From Stegostoma tigrinum (lineage: Eukaryota), in contig NC_081362.1 in NCBI RefSeq assembly GCF_030684315.1, forward strand, positions 96,207,187 through 96,271,186: a stretch of DNA of 64,000 nucleotides, given 5' to 3'. Of the stretch, positions 36,751 to 51,200 are shown piece after piece. The notes below the pieces were generated by a model, which saw only the letters and a program-made list of their open reading frames with translations, searched no databases and was not told the origin of the DNA. Numbering within the stretch: the first letter of the stretch is position 1; each line of letters starts with the position of its first letter. The position numbers were made by a program, and so were the translations under genes.

Positions 36751-39700
36751 CTGTGCATATCGAAGAGAAACATCATGTAACTTGAATTAAAACATTTTGT
36801 AAAATCTCCTCCTGTTTAAATGATGATTTGCAGATGATGAACTGAAGCTTCTTGTGTGGCTACTGCTGTTTGTGATTTGAGAGGGAATGATTTGAAAAAA
36901 TATCCATCAGCTGAATGCTTTCCAATTTGTTGCTTTGATTCATCTTGTGCAAGATCCTGCCACAGAATAAACAATTGAGAGGAGGATTTCACATTGTGCA
37001 CAGCTGACTGACTGGAAGAGTTCGAGCTGCCATTTAGGAAATACCATTCTCATCAAAATCCTGAAGGAAAAGAAGTTGCAAGTTCCAAGCGGCCTGCCAT
37101 ATCACCCTGTGACTGCGCCTTTTCCGATTCACCGCTGCTGCATCCTATTCTGCATCCTAACTGTGCGGGGCTGTGGAGAGAAAGCAGGACATTGGCAGTT
37201 GGGAATGATGCTCTTTTGAAGAATCAATGCCTACGGGATTGACGGAATGTTCTCCTTTTACACTGTAGCATTTCTGTGCTTCTCTGATTCTGTCTCTCGG
37301 TCAGATATTCCCTGACAGCACTTGTCTGGAATTGTGCCAGCAATGGGCAAGGTGAGTCCCTTCTGGTCAGAATTTCAGTCTTTGACTTTCATTCCTGACC
37401 CAGATAATCATCCCAGTGTTGGGGCCCAGACTAAAACACAAATCTGTGCCATTAAGCATGTTTTTAGAAAGGTCTGGCACCCAAACCGGCCTCATCTGTA
37501 GTCATAACCTTTTGTCTCTGACCCATGACTAATTTGCTATTCCCTAGTCCAAGGGGAGTGAGCACCCTCTGAGAAAATTTTCCAGGGAACTTTCCTCTTC
37601 CTTGATGTGACACAATGTTTGCAGTTCAAACTCCAGCTCCTAAACTCAGATCTGAACTTCCTTGAGCTGCAAACACTTCAGATGTGTTCGCTCTGGATCC
37701 AGTTGACTTCAGATGGGACTTAGTTGAAACATGTAAGGTCCTGAAGGGACTTGGCCAGGTGGATGTGGAAAGGATGGCTCTTCTAGTGGGACAATCTACA
37801 ACAAAGTGGCAGAGTTTAAACATAAGAGATGCACATTTATGATAGAGATGAGGCAATGTCTTTTCTGTGAGGGTTATGAGTCTTTGGAATCCCCTTCATC
37901 AAAAGGCAGTGGATGTAGGATCATTTAATATTTTTAAGGCTGGGGGAGGGGGATTTTTGATTACCCAGGGGCTGAAAGATTAACAGGGATCCATAAGAAT
38001 GTAGAGTTGAGAATAAAACCAAATCATCCATCATTTAATTGAGTGGTGGAGCAGGCTTGATGGGTTGAATTGCCTACTCCTGTTCCTTTGTCCCTGTGTC
38101 TGTGTCTCTTTGAATAAAGGAATGAATGAAGGTCATAATAAGGCGAGCAACCAGGGCATGTGTGAGGTAGAGTTGAGCTCTGGACAAGGATGTCAGAGGT
38201 GGAGGGGACTGAGCAGAAGAGGAGCTGCAGAGGATTGTGAGAAGTGACAGCCCAAAGACTCAAGAACGGAGAGTTTGGGACTTCCTGGATAAATTACTCA
38301 TATCTTAATGAGTTACACTGGAGCCCATTTTAAGCTTTTGTTCAACTGACATTGAGATACAGACCCAACTTTAAGTGTAACTGGCTATTGGGAATGAATG
38401 CCCATGAAATACAATAAGATTTCTATGGAACAAATCCCTTTGTATTCTTTTAAAGTCTCAAATCTCTAGCATTAATGACAAATACAGGCTGATGGAGTAA
38501 CATTGAGAAAACATCACTTTGTGCAGCCTTTCTACCAAACACTTCACTACAAGAACACAGTGTGAGATAATTACAGAGTCACCCCTTATACAACACACAT
38601 GTCTCATGGGCAACAGCTTCTCCCAAACAAGGCAGCACACCTGCTTCTTTACTGAATTTAGTTATAAATGAGTTATAACTCTTAGTTGTGATGTGCAGAT
38701 TGTCAGTGCAGGCTTGGAGGATTGAAGGGCCTGTTCCTGTGTTGTAATTTTCTTTTTTCTTGTTCTTTGTTTGAAAACAATAATGCACAACAATGCCAGG
38801 GTAACTGAGAGCTGGAAACATGTCGCCTTAATTGCCAATGTTCCCATCAATTGTGGTAAAACCCCATTTGGTTCACCAATTCATTCAGGGAAGGCAATCT
38901 GTTGTCCTTATCTGGACTTGCCTATATGTGACTCCAGATCCAGAGCAATGCCGATAGCTCTTATTGCTGTCTGAAATGAATAAATAAGGGACTCAGTTTG
39001 TGGCCAATTAGGATTGAGGAACAAATGCTGGCCTTGCCAGTGATCTCCACAGCCAATCAGGAAATGAAGAAAAATATTCCCCTGGACTTCACAATGAACC
39101 GTCTATTAACTGGAACATTTTAATAAATGTTGTGGCTTGAAGAGCAGGTGAAATCAAATAACTCACACGCTGACTCCCACAGCCTGTCTACCATCTTTCT
39201 ACAAGGCATAGGGCAGGAATATGACGGAATTATTTGCCGTTGCCTTGATAAGTGCATCTCCAACAGCACTCGAGAAGTTTCATGCCATCCAGGACAAAGC
39301 AGCTCACTTGACTGACACTACAGCTGACACCTACAACATTCGGAGATAATGGGAACTGCAGATGCTGGAGAATTCAAGGGTGTAGGCCCAAAACGTCAGC
39401 TTTTGTGCTCCTGAGATGCTGCTTGGCCTGTTGTACTCATCCAGCTTCACACTTTGTTACCTACAGCAATCATTTTCTATAACACCAATGCACAGCGTGT
39501 ACCATCTACAAGATGCCCTTCAGTAACTCAACAAGGCTCCTCAAAAAGTAGCACCTGAACCCACAGACTCCCCCATCTGAAAGGACAAGGGCAGCAGATC
39601 TATGGTACACCAAATCCTTCAGGTTCCCCTCCAAAACACTCACCATCTGGGCTTGGAAATATATCATCATTGTCCTTTCAATGTCACTGGATCAGATGTC

Positions 39701-40607
39701 TCAACACCAAGGGACCACAGCAGTTCAGGAAGGCAGTTCACCGTCACCTGCTCATTACAGACAAAATAGGAGCAGGAGAAGGTTATTTGGCCCATTGTGC
39801 CTGCAAGGCCTTTTAACATAGTCATGGCTGATTATCCAACTCTTCCTGCAGTCCCCCTATACCCTTTGATCTCTTCAACCCTCAGAACTATATTTAACTC
39901 CTTCTTGAAAACATTCAATGTTTTGGCCCCAACTGCTTCCTGTGGCTGGGAATTCCTGCCATAGAATACAAAGAAGCAATGTGTGGTATTGAAACCAATG
40001 GCTTCCTTTCCCTTGTGAGCTTCATTCCATGATGTCCTGGTCCAGAATGATTTCCTGTCATTGAAAATGATGGCTTATTTCTCAGACCATTACAGTCTCA
40101 GTTAACTGGCTGAATACATTCCTTACTCAAGTGGACCTTGTAAAACTCCTTGAAAGATTTTACTCTAAGTTAATTAATGCACAACAGTGCAAGCTTCATG
40201 AACTGAATGGTCTCAGACGGTGTTGCAGGTTACATTAATCTGTGTGTACATTTATGATATTGGCAATTATTGCTTTTGAGGAAATGGTAAGAACAGACAG
40301 AAAACAGAATACTTAAAAGAGAGAAATGACTGGGAGGGAACAGAGGGGAATTGTTATAATGGGGTCAAGGATGTAACAGTAGCTTTAAAAATGGCATATT
40401 TAAATTTGACACATAAAAGGAACTTCATGTGGCCTCAAGGTTTCTATTCTTTTACTGAAGAATTGAGGAATTTGGGCAAATCAGTTCAATGGTCCCTGCC
40501 CACAGGATTCATTGAGATGATCATTTTGTTCAACAGGGTTTACTGTTTGTCAATATCTGTCTCTCTCTCTTCTGGTGTTTTCCACTTGCTCGCATGAAGC
40601 ATAGAAT

Positions 40608-40842
40608 CAATACAGTGTGGAGCTGGAGGAATACAGTAGTTCTGGCAGCTTCAGAGAAGCAGGAAAATCAACATTTCAGATTTACACCCCTCATCAGGCT
40701 CAGCTAGCAGGTGCCTGATGAAGGGTGTAAACCTGAAACGTTGACTTTCCTGGTCCTTTGACGCAGCCTGTTCTGCTGTGTTCCTCCAGCTCCACACCGT
40801 ATTGACTCCAACTCCAGCATCTGCAGTTCTTGCTATCTCCAG
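40608..40842. mobile_element. Palindromic Penelope derivative with hammerhead-like core
   Basis: 12-bp TSD gaagcatagaat (40596-40607, 40843-40854); cctgatgaagggtgtaaacctgaaacgtt near 40714-40742. Confidence 0.75.
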
Positions 40843-42279
40843 GAAGCATAGAATGACTGGTTGACAAATTCTAGATTAAAGCAACAGCTTGCAGCAGCTG
40901 GTAAGGAAAAATAAACTGGCTTTCTTCAGACATTAGTTAGCTTTTACTTCTGAGAAAAATACTCCGCCTCTATGGCCAGAAATGTTCCACGGAGATCAGT
41001 TGTGGATTGTCTTTTGTTTGTCATTGATATAAATGATTTGGAAGAAAATGCAGAAAGGGTGGTTAGTACATTTGTGAATGACACCAAAATTTGTGGCAAA
41101 GTAGAGTGAAGGAGGTTTTCGAAGATTACAGTGGGATTTTTTATCAAATGTGTCAATGAGCTGAAAAATGACAGATGGCGATCATTCTGGATAAATGTAA
41201 GGTGTTGCATTTTGATACAACAAACAATGGTAAAGTTTATACAATCAATGATCCGGCCTTGGGTAATGTTGTAGAGCAGTGAGACCTAGGGATGTAGGCA
41301 CAGAATTCTTTGAATTTTGTGTCACATACAAGTGGTTAAAAAAAATGTCTGATATGTTTACTTTCATTACTCAGTCATTTGATTAGAGTAGTTGAAAAGT
41401 TACATTGAGGTTGTACAGTACATTGGTAAGGCCTTTTCTGGAATACTGTGTCCAGTTCCTCATACGTTTGGAGAGATATGGACCAGGAGAGGCAAGTAGG
41501 AAAAATTTATTTTGGAATTATATTTGACATGGATTGGTTTCGAAATAAGGGTCTGTTTCCATGCTGTACGATTCTATGACTCTATGACTCAATTTCCGGA
41601 GGTCCAATGTCTCTGGCTATAATCATTCATACTCACAAGCTGTTCGACAGAAATGAATTGCCAGTGTTGGACTGGGATGGACAAGGTTATAAGTCAGCCA
41701 ATACCAGGTTAAAATTAATCTTGTTTACTTGAAATCACAAGTTTTCAGAGCACTGCTCCTTCGTCAGGTGAAGTGCTAGCCATTGCAAAGCAAGCAGAAG
41801 GCCATTCCACTCCACAAATCAGCCCCTTGTCACATCTCATACACTCCCCATGCTGCCATTTTGTCTGCAATAAACACCACCGCATTTCCAACCCTCAAAC
41901 TGGGCCCCTTCTGGGCTACTGTGTGAAGTTCTGGTCTCTCTGCTCTGAAAATATTTCCAGGATGTTGCCAGGAATGGAGACGATGAGTCATGAAAATAGG
42001 CTGAATAGTCTGGGCCTTCTTCCACCGGAACATTGAAGGTTGAAGGCTGGCCTTACAGAGGCTTGTACAATCATGAGGTGCACAACTAAAGTGAATTGCA
42101 CGTGTTTTCCCTTCAGTCGGGGAGTTCAAAATGAGGGGACATATTTTAAAGGTGAGAGGTGAACAACTTAAATTGGAAAATTGGACAACTTATTTTGCAC
42201 AAACAGTGGTTCATGTGTGGAATGACCTGGCAGGTGGATACAGGCACAGTTACAACATTTAAAAGACATTTGGATAAGT

Positions 42280-44938
42280 ATGGTCTATATGTAGGTTCTA
42301 TTGACCAAAATGCTGAATCCATTTGGGTGGAAATTAGGAATAGCAGGGAGAAGAAGTCACTGATAGGTGTGGTCTAGAGGCCACCAAATAATGACATTGT
42401 GGTGGGGCAGGCAATAAACATAGAAACAGCTAATGCATGTAAAAATGGGACAGCAATTATCATGGGGGATTTTAATCTACATATCAACTGGTCAAACCAG
42501 GTCGGTCATGGCAGCATTGAGAAGGGGTTCATAGAATGCATCCGCGATAATTTCCTTGAACAATGTGTAATGGAACCTATGAGGGAGCATGCTAACCTAG
42601 ATCTAGTCCTGTGTAATAAGACAGGAATAATTAATAATCGCACAGTTAGGGGTCCTTTCAGGAGGAGCAATCACAGTATGGTCAAATTTAAAATATAGAT
42701 GGAGCGTGAGATGGTTAAATCTAGCACCTATGTCCTGTGCTTAAACAAAGGAGACGATGAAGGAATGAGGGAGGAGTTAGCTAAGGGAGAATGGGAGCAA
42801 AACCTTTCTGGTGGGTCAATTGAGGAACAGTGGAGGACTTTCAGAACGATTTTTCACAGTGCTCAGCAGAAGTATATTCCAGTGCTAAGGAAGAACTGTA
42901 GGAAAAGAGAGGGCCAGTCATGGATGTCTAAGGAAATGAAGGAAAGTATCAGATTGAAAAAAAAATACAAAAAAAAGAATAGTGGGAAACTAGTAGACTG
43001 GGAATCTTTAAAGGGCAAACAAAAGCCACAAAAAAGTTAGAAAGAAAAGTAAGATAGATTTTGAGACTAAACTAGCTCAGAATATAAAAGCAGGCATCAA
43101 AAGTTTCTGTAAATATGGAAATCATAAAAGAGTGGCAAAAGTAAACATTGGTCCTTTGGAGAATGAGAAGACCAATTTAATAACTGGGAATGAGGAAATA
43201 GCCAAGGCATGAAACAATTATTTCGTGTCGGTCTTCACAATGGAAGACACAAATAACGTGCCGAAAACTAATGGCAAGAAGGTTATAGCAGGTGAGGACC
43301 TAGAAATTATCATTATCATGAAGGAGGCGGTGCTGGGATAGCTAAAGGGGCTAAAGGTAGACACGTCTCCTGACCCTGATGAAATATTTCACAGTGTACT
43401 AAAAGAGGTGATGGGGTAATAGCAAATGAACTAGAATTTGTTTCCCAAATTTTACTGGACTCCAAAGTTCCCGCAGATTGGAAAGCAGCCAATGTGACTC
43501 CACTATTTAAAAAAGGAAGTAGACAAATAGTGGTTAATTATAGGGCAGTTAGCATAACTTGTGCAGTGGGGAAAATGTTTGAATATATCATTAAGGGAGA
43601 AATAGCAAGAGATCTGGATATAAATTGCCCCATTGGGAACACCCAGCATGGGTTCATGAAGGGTAGGTCATGTTTAACTAATTTGGTGGAATTCTTTAAG
43701 GACATTACTTGCATAGTGGACAATGGGGAACCTGTGGATGTGGTGTATCTGGATTTCCAGAAGGCATTTTACAAGGTGCCACACGATAGGCTGTTACATC
43801 AGACAAATTTGCATGGATTTACAGGTCATGTATTGGCATAGATAGAGGATTGGTTGACTAGTAAAAAACAAAGAGTAGGGGTAAATGGGTGTTTTTCTGG
43901 CTGGCAGTCAGTGGCAAATGGTGTGCCTCAGGGATCAGTGTTGGGATGTCAATTGTTTACATAGATGATTTAGAGTTGGGGACGAAGTGTGCTGTGTCAC
44001 AATTTGCAGATGACACGCGGGTGCGTGGTAGAACAAAGTGTGCAGAAGACACTGAAAGTCTGCAGAGGGATATAAATAGTCTAAGTCAGTGGGCAAAGGT
44101 CTGGCAGATGGAGTAAAATGTTGATATGTGTGAGGTCATCCATTTTGGTAGGAATAACAGCAAAATAGACTGTTTTAAATGATTAAAAAATTGCAGCACG
44201 CTGCTGTGCAGAGACTTGGGTGTCCTTGTGCATGAATCGCTAAAAGTGGGATTGCAGGTGCAGCAGGTAATTGAAAAGGCAAATAGAATTTTGCCTGCCA
44301 TTGTTAGAGGGATGGAGTTTAAAAACAGGGAGGCTATGCTGCACTGTATAGAGTCCTGGTGAGGCCACATCTGGAGTACTGTGTGCAGTTTTGGTCTCCT
44401 TACTTGAGAAGAGATATACTAGTACCGGATGGGGTGCAGATGAGATTCACTCAGTTGATCCCAGAGTTGAAAGGGTTAGATTATGAAGAGAGACTGACCA
44501 GACTAGGATTATACTTATTGGAATTCAGAAGAATGAGAGCAGTTCTTATAGAAACATGTGAGATTAAGAGGGAAAAGATAAGGTGGAGGCAAGAAGGTTG
44601 AGAAGGTTGTTTCCGCTAGCAGGTGAAACTAGGACTAGAGGACATCGCCTCAAAATAAAGGGAAGCAGATGTAGCACTGAGGTCAGGAGGAACTTCTTCA
44701 CCCAAAGGGTTGTGAATCTGTGGAATTCCCTATCCAGTGAGGTGGTTGAAGCTACCTCGCTAAATGTTTTTAAGGCAAGGCTAGATAAATTTTTGTACAG
44801 TAAAGGAATTAAGGGTTATGGTGAGTGGGTGGGTAAGTGGACCTGAGTCTCAAAAAGATCAGCCATTATCTTATTAAATGGCAGGGCAGGTTCGAGGGGC
44901 CAGATGGCCTACTCCTGCCCCTAGTTTTTATGTTCTTA
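42280..44938 (+). mobile_element. CR1 LINE ORF2 (endonuclease plus RT), 5'-truncated and disrupted
   Basis: IIMGDFNL, LDLVLCN, PLFKKGS...NYR, QHGFMKGRSCLTNL, VYLDFQKAF, FADD, RPHLEYCVQFWSP, FFTQRVVNLWNSL. Confidence 0.92.
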
Positions 44939-45000
44939 AGTACATGCAAAGGATAGGTTTGGACAGATATGGGCAAATATCGGGCAATGGTGCAAGCTTA

Positions 45001-46577
45001 CGGATGTGAGTTTGCTCGCTGAGCTGGAAGGTTAGTTTTCAGACGTTTCGTCACCATTCTAGGTAACATCATCAGTGAGCCTCCGATGAAGCGCTGGTGT
45101 TATGTCCCGCTTTCTGTTTATCTGTTTAGGTTTCCTTGGGTTGGTGATGTCATTTCCTGCATTGGTGATGTCATTTCCTGTTCTTTTTCTCAGAGGATGG
45201 TAGATGGGCTCCAAATCAATGTGTTTGTTGATGGAGTTCCGGTTAGAATGCCATGCTTCTAGGGATTCTCGTGTGTGTCTCTGTTTGGCTTGTCCTAGGA
45301 TGGATGTGTTGTCCCAATCAAAGTGGTGTCCTTCCTCATCTGTATGTAAGGATACGAGTGATAGTGGGTCATGTCGTTTTGTGGCTAGTTGATGTTAGTG
45401 TATCCTGGTGGCTAGCTTTCTGCCTGTTTGTCCAATGTAGTGTTTGTAACGGTTCTTGCAAGGTATTTTGTAGATGACATTCATTTTGCTTGTTGTCTGT
45501 ACAGGGTCTTTTAAGTTCATTAGCTGCTGTTTTAGTGTGTTGGTGGGTTTGTGGGCTACCCTGATGCCAAGAGGTCCGAGTAGTCTGGCAGTCATTTCGG
45601 AAATGTCTTTGATGTAGCAGAAAGTGGTTATGGTTTCTGGGACCGTTTTGTCTGTTTGTTTGGGTTTGTTGCTGAGAAATCGGTGGACTGTGTTCATAGG
45701 GTACCCATTCTTTTTGAATACGCTGTATAGGTGATTTTCCTCTGCTCTGCGTAGTTCCTCTGTGCTGCCGTGTGTGGTGGCTCATTGGAATAATGTTCTA
45801 ATGCAGCTTTGTTTGTGGGTGTTGGGATGGTTGCTCCTGTAGTTCAGTATTTGGTCCGTATGTGTTGTTTTCCTGTAGACGCTGGTTTGAAGTTCCCCGT
45901 TGACTGTTCGCTCTACTGTGACATCTGGGAATGGCAGTTTGTTGCTGTTTTCCTCCTCTTTTGTGAATGTTATGCCAGTAAGGGTATTATTGATGGTCTC
46001 GAAGGTTTCCTCTAATTTGTTTTGTTTAGTGATGACAAAGGTGTCATCCACACAGCGGACGCAAATTTGGGTTGGATGATTGGCAGAGCTGTTTGTTCGA
46101 GTCTCTGCATTACTGCCTCTGCTAACAAGCAAAACGAACGTCATCTACAAAATACCTTGCAAGAACTGTGACAAACACTACATTGGACAAACTAGCAGAA
46201 AGCTAGCCACCAGGATACACTAACATCAACTAGCCACAAAATGACATGACCCACTGTCACTCGTATCCTTACATACAGATGAGGAAGGACACCACTTTGA
46301 TTGGGACAACACGTCCATCCTAGGACAAGCCAAACAGAGACACGCACGAGAATTCCGAGAAGCATGGCATTCCAACCTGAACTCCATCAACAAACACATT
46401 GATTTGGAGCCCATCTACCATCTGCTAAGAAAAAGAACAGGAAATGACATCACCAACACAGGAAATGACATCACCAACCAAAGGAAACCTAAACAGATAA
46501 ATAGAAAGCAGGGCATAACACCAGCGCTTCACCGGAGGCCCACTGTTGATGTTACCTAGAATGGTGACAAAACATCT
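45001..46577. mobile_element. Poseidon-like Penelope insertion with inverted structure (minus 45001-46110, plus 46124-46577, resumes at 51929-52022)
   Basis: RT (VDDTFV) and GIY-YIG fragments on the minus strand, second GIY-YIG plus terminus on the plus strand; empty site preserved in the duplicate near 57600. Confidence 0.88.
45039..45078 (-). ncRNA. Minimal hammerhead ribozyme motif (Poseidon type), intact
   Basis: Minus strand: tca-CTGATGA-t-GTTACC-tagaat-GGTGAC-GAAA-C-GTC-tga. Confidence 0.78.
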
Positions 46578-46781
46578 TGGAAAAAAACCTTCCAGCTCAG
46601 TGAACCAGCTAACATCCGGAACAAAATAAAGACCCACTCCTTTGTGGACCGAGAAGAGGAGAGCGCGACTGTGTTGGAGGTGGAAGGAAGATGTCAGGTT
46701 GGCTGTGCACCCTTGCAACCGGTGGATCTTAATGCTGGCTTCGGCCTAACGCTGGTTCAGGGGAGCAGCCAACCTGCAACG

Positions 46782-48200
46782 ATGGCTGCGGCGAGTGCTC
46801 GTGTCCCAGGTCAGGGGGTCCGGAACACCATCCGTGTTTCCGTGAAGAAGGCGGATGAAGGTGCACCTGTGGATCGCACCTTCTTCGTGAAGAGGGTCCT
46901 GTTGGACTGTTATGGGTTCACTGCTGCGGACATTTACTGCCTGCAGGATTTCCCCGGAGGAGGTTTTTACGATGTGACTTTCAGGAGTGCCAAGCTTTGC
47001 GAGCACTTCCTGGAGGTTTTCAAGGAGAAAGGAGGTGAGGGCCCCCTCTCTGTATTGACCGCTGTCCCGCTGTTCGTGATGCCAGCGCAGAGGAGCCGTA
47101 TGGTGACTGTACACATGTACAACCCGCATGTGCCAGCAGTTGATGTCCTGACCTTCCTTGGAAGGTACGTGAAGGTGGAAGGGGACCTAACTGACATCGT
47201 GGACCCCTTCAGGATCTGGACCAGTAAGAGGCAGATCAGGGTGATGCTGAGGACAGGCTCGGATGGGAACATCGTACACCCACCGTCCAGCTTCTTGACC
47301 GGCGGGAGCAACGGCTACCTGACCTATGCAGGGGAACCTATAGTCTGCCATGCCTGTGGTAGGTCAGGTCACGTGGCAGCCGACTGCAAAGCCACCATCT
47401 GCAGGAACTGCAGGGAGGAGGGACACCTTGCAAAGGATTGCCCACGAGAGAAAAGCTGCAACCTTTGCGGGTAAGCGGGCCACCTCTATAGGGCATGCCT
47501 GCCGCAGGGGACCACCTACAGCCAGGTCGCTGGCAGGGGCAATGCGGGGCAAGCCCCCTTGCAGGAGAGGACGGCACCAGTGCCCTGCAAGGATCCCCCT
47601 AATGTGCATGAGGGCCAGGTCGTGCAGGAGGGCCCAGCCCCGCAGGATGGACCCAAGGCCAGCAAAGCACCCCGCAGGCTCTGCTCCCCACCCGACAACC
47701 CGGAGTCAATGGAGGAGGTGACAGGTGACCCAGGGGAGTGGACGACAGTCCGGAAAGCGAGGAGAAAGGCGCGCTGGCAGGCCCAGGCACCGCAACCATC
47801 AGGCAGGAAGAGGCAGCTACAGGGGGGCTATAAGAGCTCCTCTGACAAGGGAGATTTGGAGGAGGCCTGCCCAAAGCAGAAGCTAAAGATCTCGAGGGAG
47901 AAGGAAAGCAGCACCACGCTTCCAGGTGACAGGAGGCGTCCTGAGGCTCCCTCCGACACCCAGCCACGCGCCGCTGTGGGTCTGGAGGGCCCCCCAGAAC
48001 TTTCAGGTGGGAAGGAGGAAACAGTGTGTCCCCAGGCTGACCCAGAGTCGGACTCTCCAGCGTCCGTACACCTAACGGGGTGATGCCACCCGGAAGGCAG
48101 CACGGATGGTTTCCGGAACCCGGACAGCGTCCAGCAGTTAGCCCGGGCAATGGGATGAAGGGACAGATGGAGTGGCTGGACCTTGTACTTGGTGGGGGGG
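46782..48200 (+). pseudogene. Tx1 ORF1 (zinc-knuckle RNA-binding protein), premature stop at 47472
   Basis: MAAASARVPGQGVRNTIRV...CHACGRSGHVAADC...CRNCREEGHLAKDC...CNLCG*AGHLYRAC: three CX2CX4HX4C knuckles. Confidence 0.85.
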
Positions 48201-48224
48201 GGGGTACTGGGGTCACTGCCCACA

Positions 48225-51200
48225 ATGGGGGTACGTGTTGCAAGCATTAATGTGCGCAGCGTCAAGTCCACTGTAAGATGTGTGTCAACGTTGGCCTACC
48301 TGACCACCGTCAAGGCGGACCTCCTGTTTCTGCAGGAGTGCGGGATACCGCACCTCGGCAGGTACGGGAAATGGTCCGGCGCCTGGACCTGTGGGCCTTC
48401 GATCTGGTCGGGGGGTAACGACTGTCGCTCCTCAGGCCTGGCTATTCTGCTGCAGGGGCGCAACTTCACCATTTCTCAAGTTCAGGAGGTGGTGGGGGGT
48501 GCCTCCTAGTGGCTGATGTTACCTACAGGAATGCTCCCCTGAGGCTGATCAACATGTACGCCCCAGCGGTACGGAGTGAGCGGTTGGCCGTCCTGCAGCA
48601 GCTTCCACCCCTGCTGGCTATGTCCCAGCCGGTCATCCTAGGCGGAGACTTCAACTGCATCATTGATGCAGATGGAAGATCCGGCATGGGGACAGCGGGT
48701 GGGGGGAGTCAACTGGACGTCACGTCCAGATTCCTGATGGGCATGGTGAAGGACACCAAGCTGCTCGACGTCTTCAGCACCCCTGCAGAGGGAGCGCAGC
48801 AGAGGTACACCTGGTCGCGGCCAGACGGGTCTATTCGCTCAAGGATAGACTTCCTGTTGGTGTCACGGGCGTTCTCGGTCAGGTCCACCGGCGTTGGTCC
48901 GGTGTTCTTCTCTGACCACTGCCTCCTGCTGGCTGACTGTCACTTAGAGGACGACCAGCAGGCCAGCAAGGGGACGTGGAAGCTCAACACGACTCTGCTG
49001 ACCCCAGAGAACGTCGAGGCGCTTAAGAGGGACTACGCCGGTAGGAGAACCGTGAAACCCCTCTTTGAGTCCCCGGGTGACTGGTGGGAGACGGTGAAGG
49101 AGAACATCAAGAGATTCTTTGTCCTCAAGGGTGTTCGGAAGGCGAGAGAGAGGCGGGGAAAGCTGTTGCGATTCCAGAAAAGGGTGCAGAACCTGCTCCT
49201 TCTGCAGTTGATGGGGGTCGATGTCACGGAGGACCTCCGCGACATGAGGGGCCAGCAAGCCTCGCTCTTCGCCGCGGAGGCCTCCAAGATAATCTTCCGG
49301 TCCAGGGTCCGCTCTGTGGAGCAGGACGAGACGTGTTCGCATTTCTTCTTTCAGAAGGTGTACAAAGAGAGCTCTGTGCTTAGCTGGCTGAAGGAGGATG
49401 ACGGCTCGGTGACGTCATCTCGGCCTGACATTTTGAGGATCAGCAGATCCTTCTACCCCGGACTGTACAACACGAAGCCCACGGACTGCACGGCATCCAA
49501 ATCATTCCTGTCATCTATCACGGAGGTCTTAGATGATGGCATGAGGGAGTGGCTGGACCGGCCAATATCCCTGGATGAGCTGACCAGAGACCTCAAGTCC
49601 TTGGAAAGGAATAAGACTCCCGGGAGCGACGGCTTACCGGTCGAGTTGTATTCCGCACTGTGGGAGCTGGTCGGCCAGGACCTGCTGGAGGTGTACGATA
49701 GTGCGCTTCGGGCAGGGGAAATGTGCAAGTCCATGAGGAAGGGCATCATCACCCACATTTATAAGAGGAAGGGGGAGAGGGAAGAATTTAAGAATTGGCG
49801 TCCCATTTCACGATTGAACGTGGACTACAAAATCCTGGCCAAGGTCATAGCCAACCGGGTCAGGTCTGTCCTGGAGTCGGTGATTCACCCTGACCAAACT
49901 TGTGCTGTGCCGGGCAGGAAGATTGCTGAGATCCTCACGCACATCAGGAATCCGATCGCCTACGTGCAGGACAGGCGGGTGGACACCTGCCTCGTCAGCC
50001 TGGGCCAGGAGAAGGCCTTCGACAGGGTCTCTCATGCTTACATGACGGATGTCCTCTCCAAATTGGGGTTCGGGGAGGGCATCCGCAATTGGATCCGGCT
50101 GCTCTGCACCAACATCATTAAAGCAGTCTCGATCAACAGGTGGGAATCGGACAGTTTTCCCGTCAGATCTGGAGTCAGGCAGGGCTGCCCGCTCTCTCCT
50201 GCCTTGTTTGTGAGCTGTGTGGAGCCCTTTGCCGCATCCATCAGGAAGGATGTGAGCCTGAAGGGCGTGACTATCGCAGGCAGCGGAGGCCTTCAGGTCA
50301 AGACCTCCCTGTACATGGACGATGTCACCGTCTTCTGCACTGATCGTCGGTCGGGGAGTGAGCTGTTGGACATCTGCGGCCAGTTTGAACTGGCCTTGGG
50401 TGCCAAAGACAATAGGGGTAAGAGCGAGGCCATGTTCTTCAGAAACTGGGACGACCACTCCTTCATCCCCTTCACCGTCAGGACAGACTACCTGAAGGTG
50501 CTGGGTGTTTGGTTCGATGGAGCTGGGGCGTGCACTAAGACTTGGGAGGAGCGTATTCACCAAATTGAAGCAGAAGCTGGGCAGGTGGACGCTCTGGTCC
50601 CTCTCCATCGCGGGTAAGAACCTGGTTGTCAGGTGTGAGGGGCTTTCGGTCTGTTGTGTGTGGCGCAGGCCTGGCCTATTCCCTGGACCTGCGCCGCTGC
50701 GGTCACCCGGGCCATCTTCCACTTCATTTGGGGGACGAGGATGGACCGGGTCCGCAGGGACACCATGTACAAAGACCTGGGAAATGGGGGAAAGGGCGTA
50801 CCGAACGCCACCCTCGCCCTGACGGCTACCTTTTGTGTGCGGCTGCATCAAGCTGTGCATAGATCCTCAGTACGCAAACACCAAGTGTCACTACTTACTG
50901 AGGTTCTACCTGTCCCCAGTGTTGCGAAGGATGGGCCTGGCCTCATTGCCGCGGAACGCTCCGAGTAGTTGGACCGTTCCGTTCCACCTGTCCTTCGTGG
51001 AGAAATTTTTGAAGAGAAACACCTTTGACCACAAGGCCGTCAGGCAGTGGTCAGCACGTAGTATCCTTGAGACCCTTCAGGAAAAGGAGAGGGTGGATCC
51101 CGTCGTGTGGTTCCCCACGCAGACTGCCAAAGTCATTTGGCAGAATGCCTCATCACCAGAACTTTCAAACAAGCACAAGGACATTGCTTGGCTGGCGGTG

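Larger units (their letters stand above)
34950..39960 (-). repeat. Right arm of inverted segmental duplication (partner 13330-19380)
   Basis: Reverse-complement collinearity with 13330-19380 as described for the left arm. Confidence 0.88.

Noticed and set aside
49808-50860. 350-aa minus-strand ORF and other long antisense ORFs over Tx1 and Penelope
   Set aside because: Shadow frames of GC-rich transposon coding sequence.
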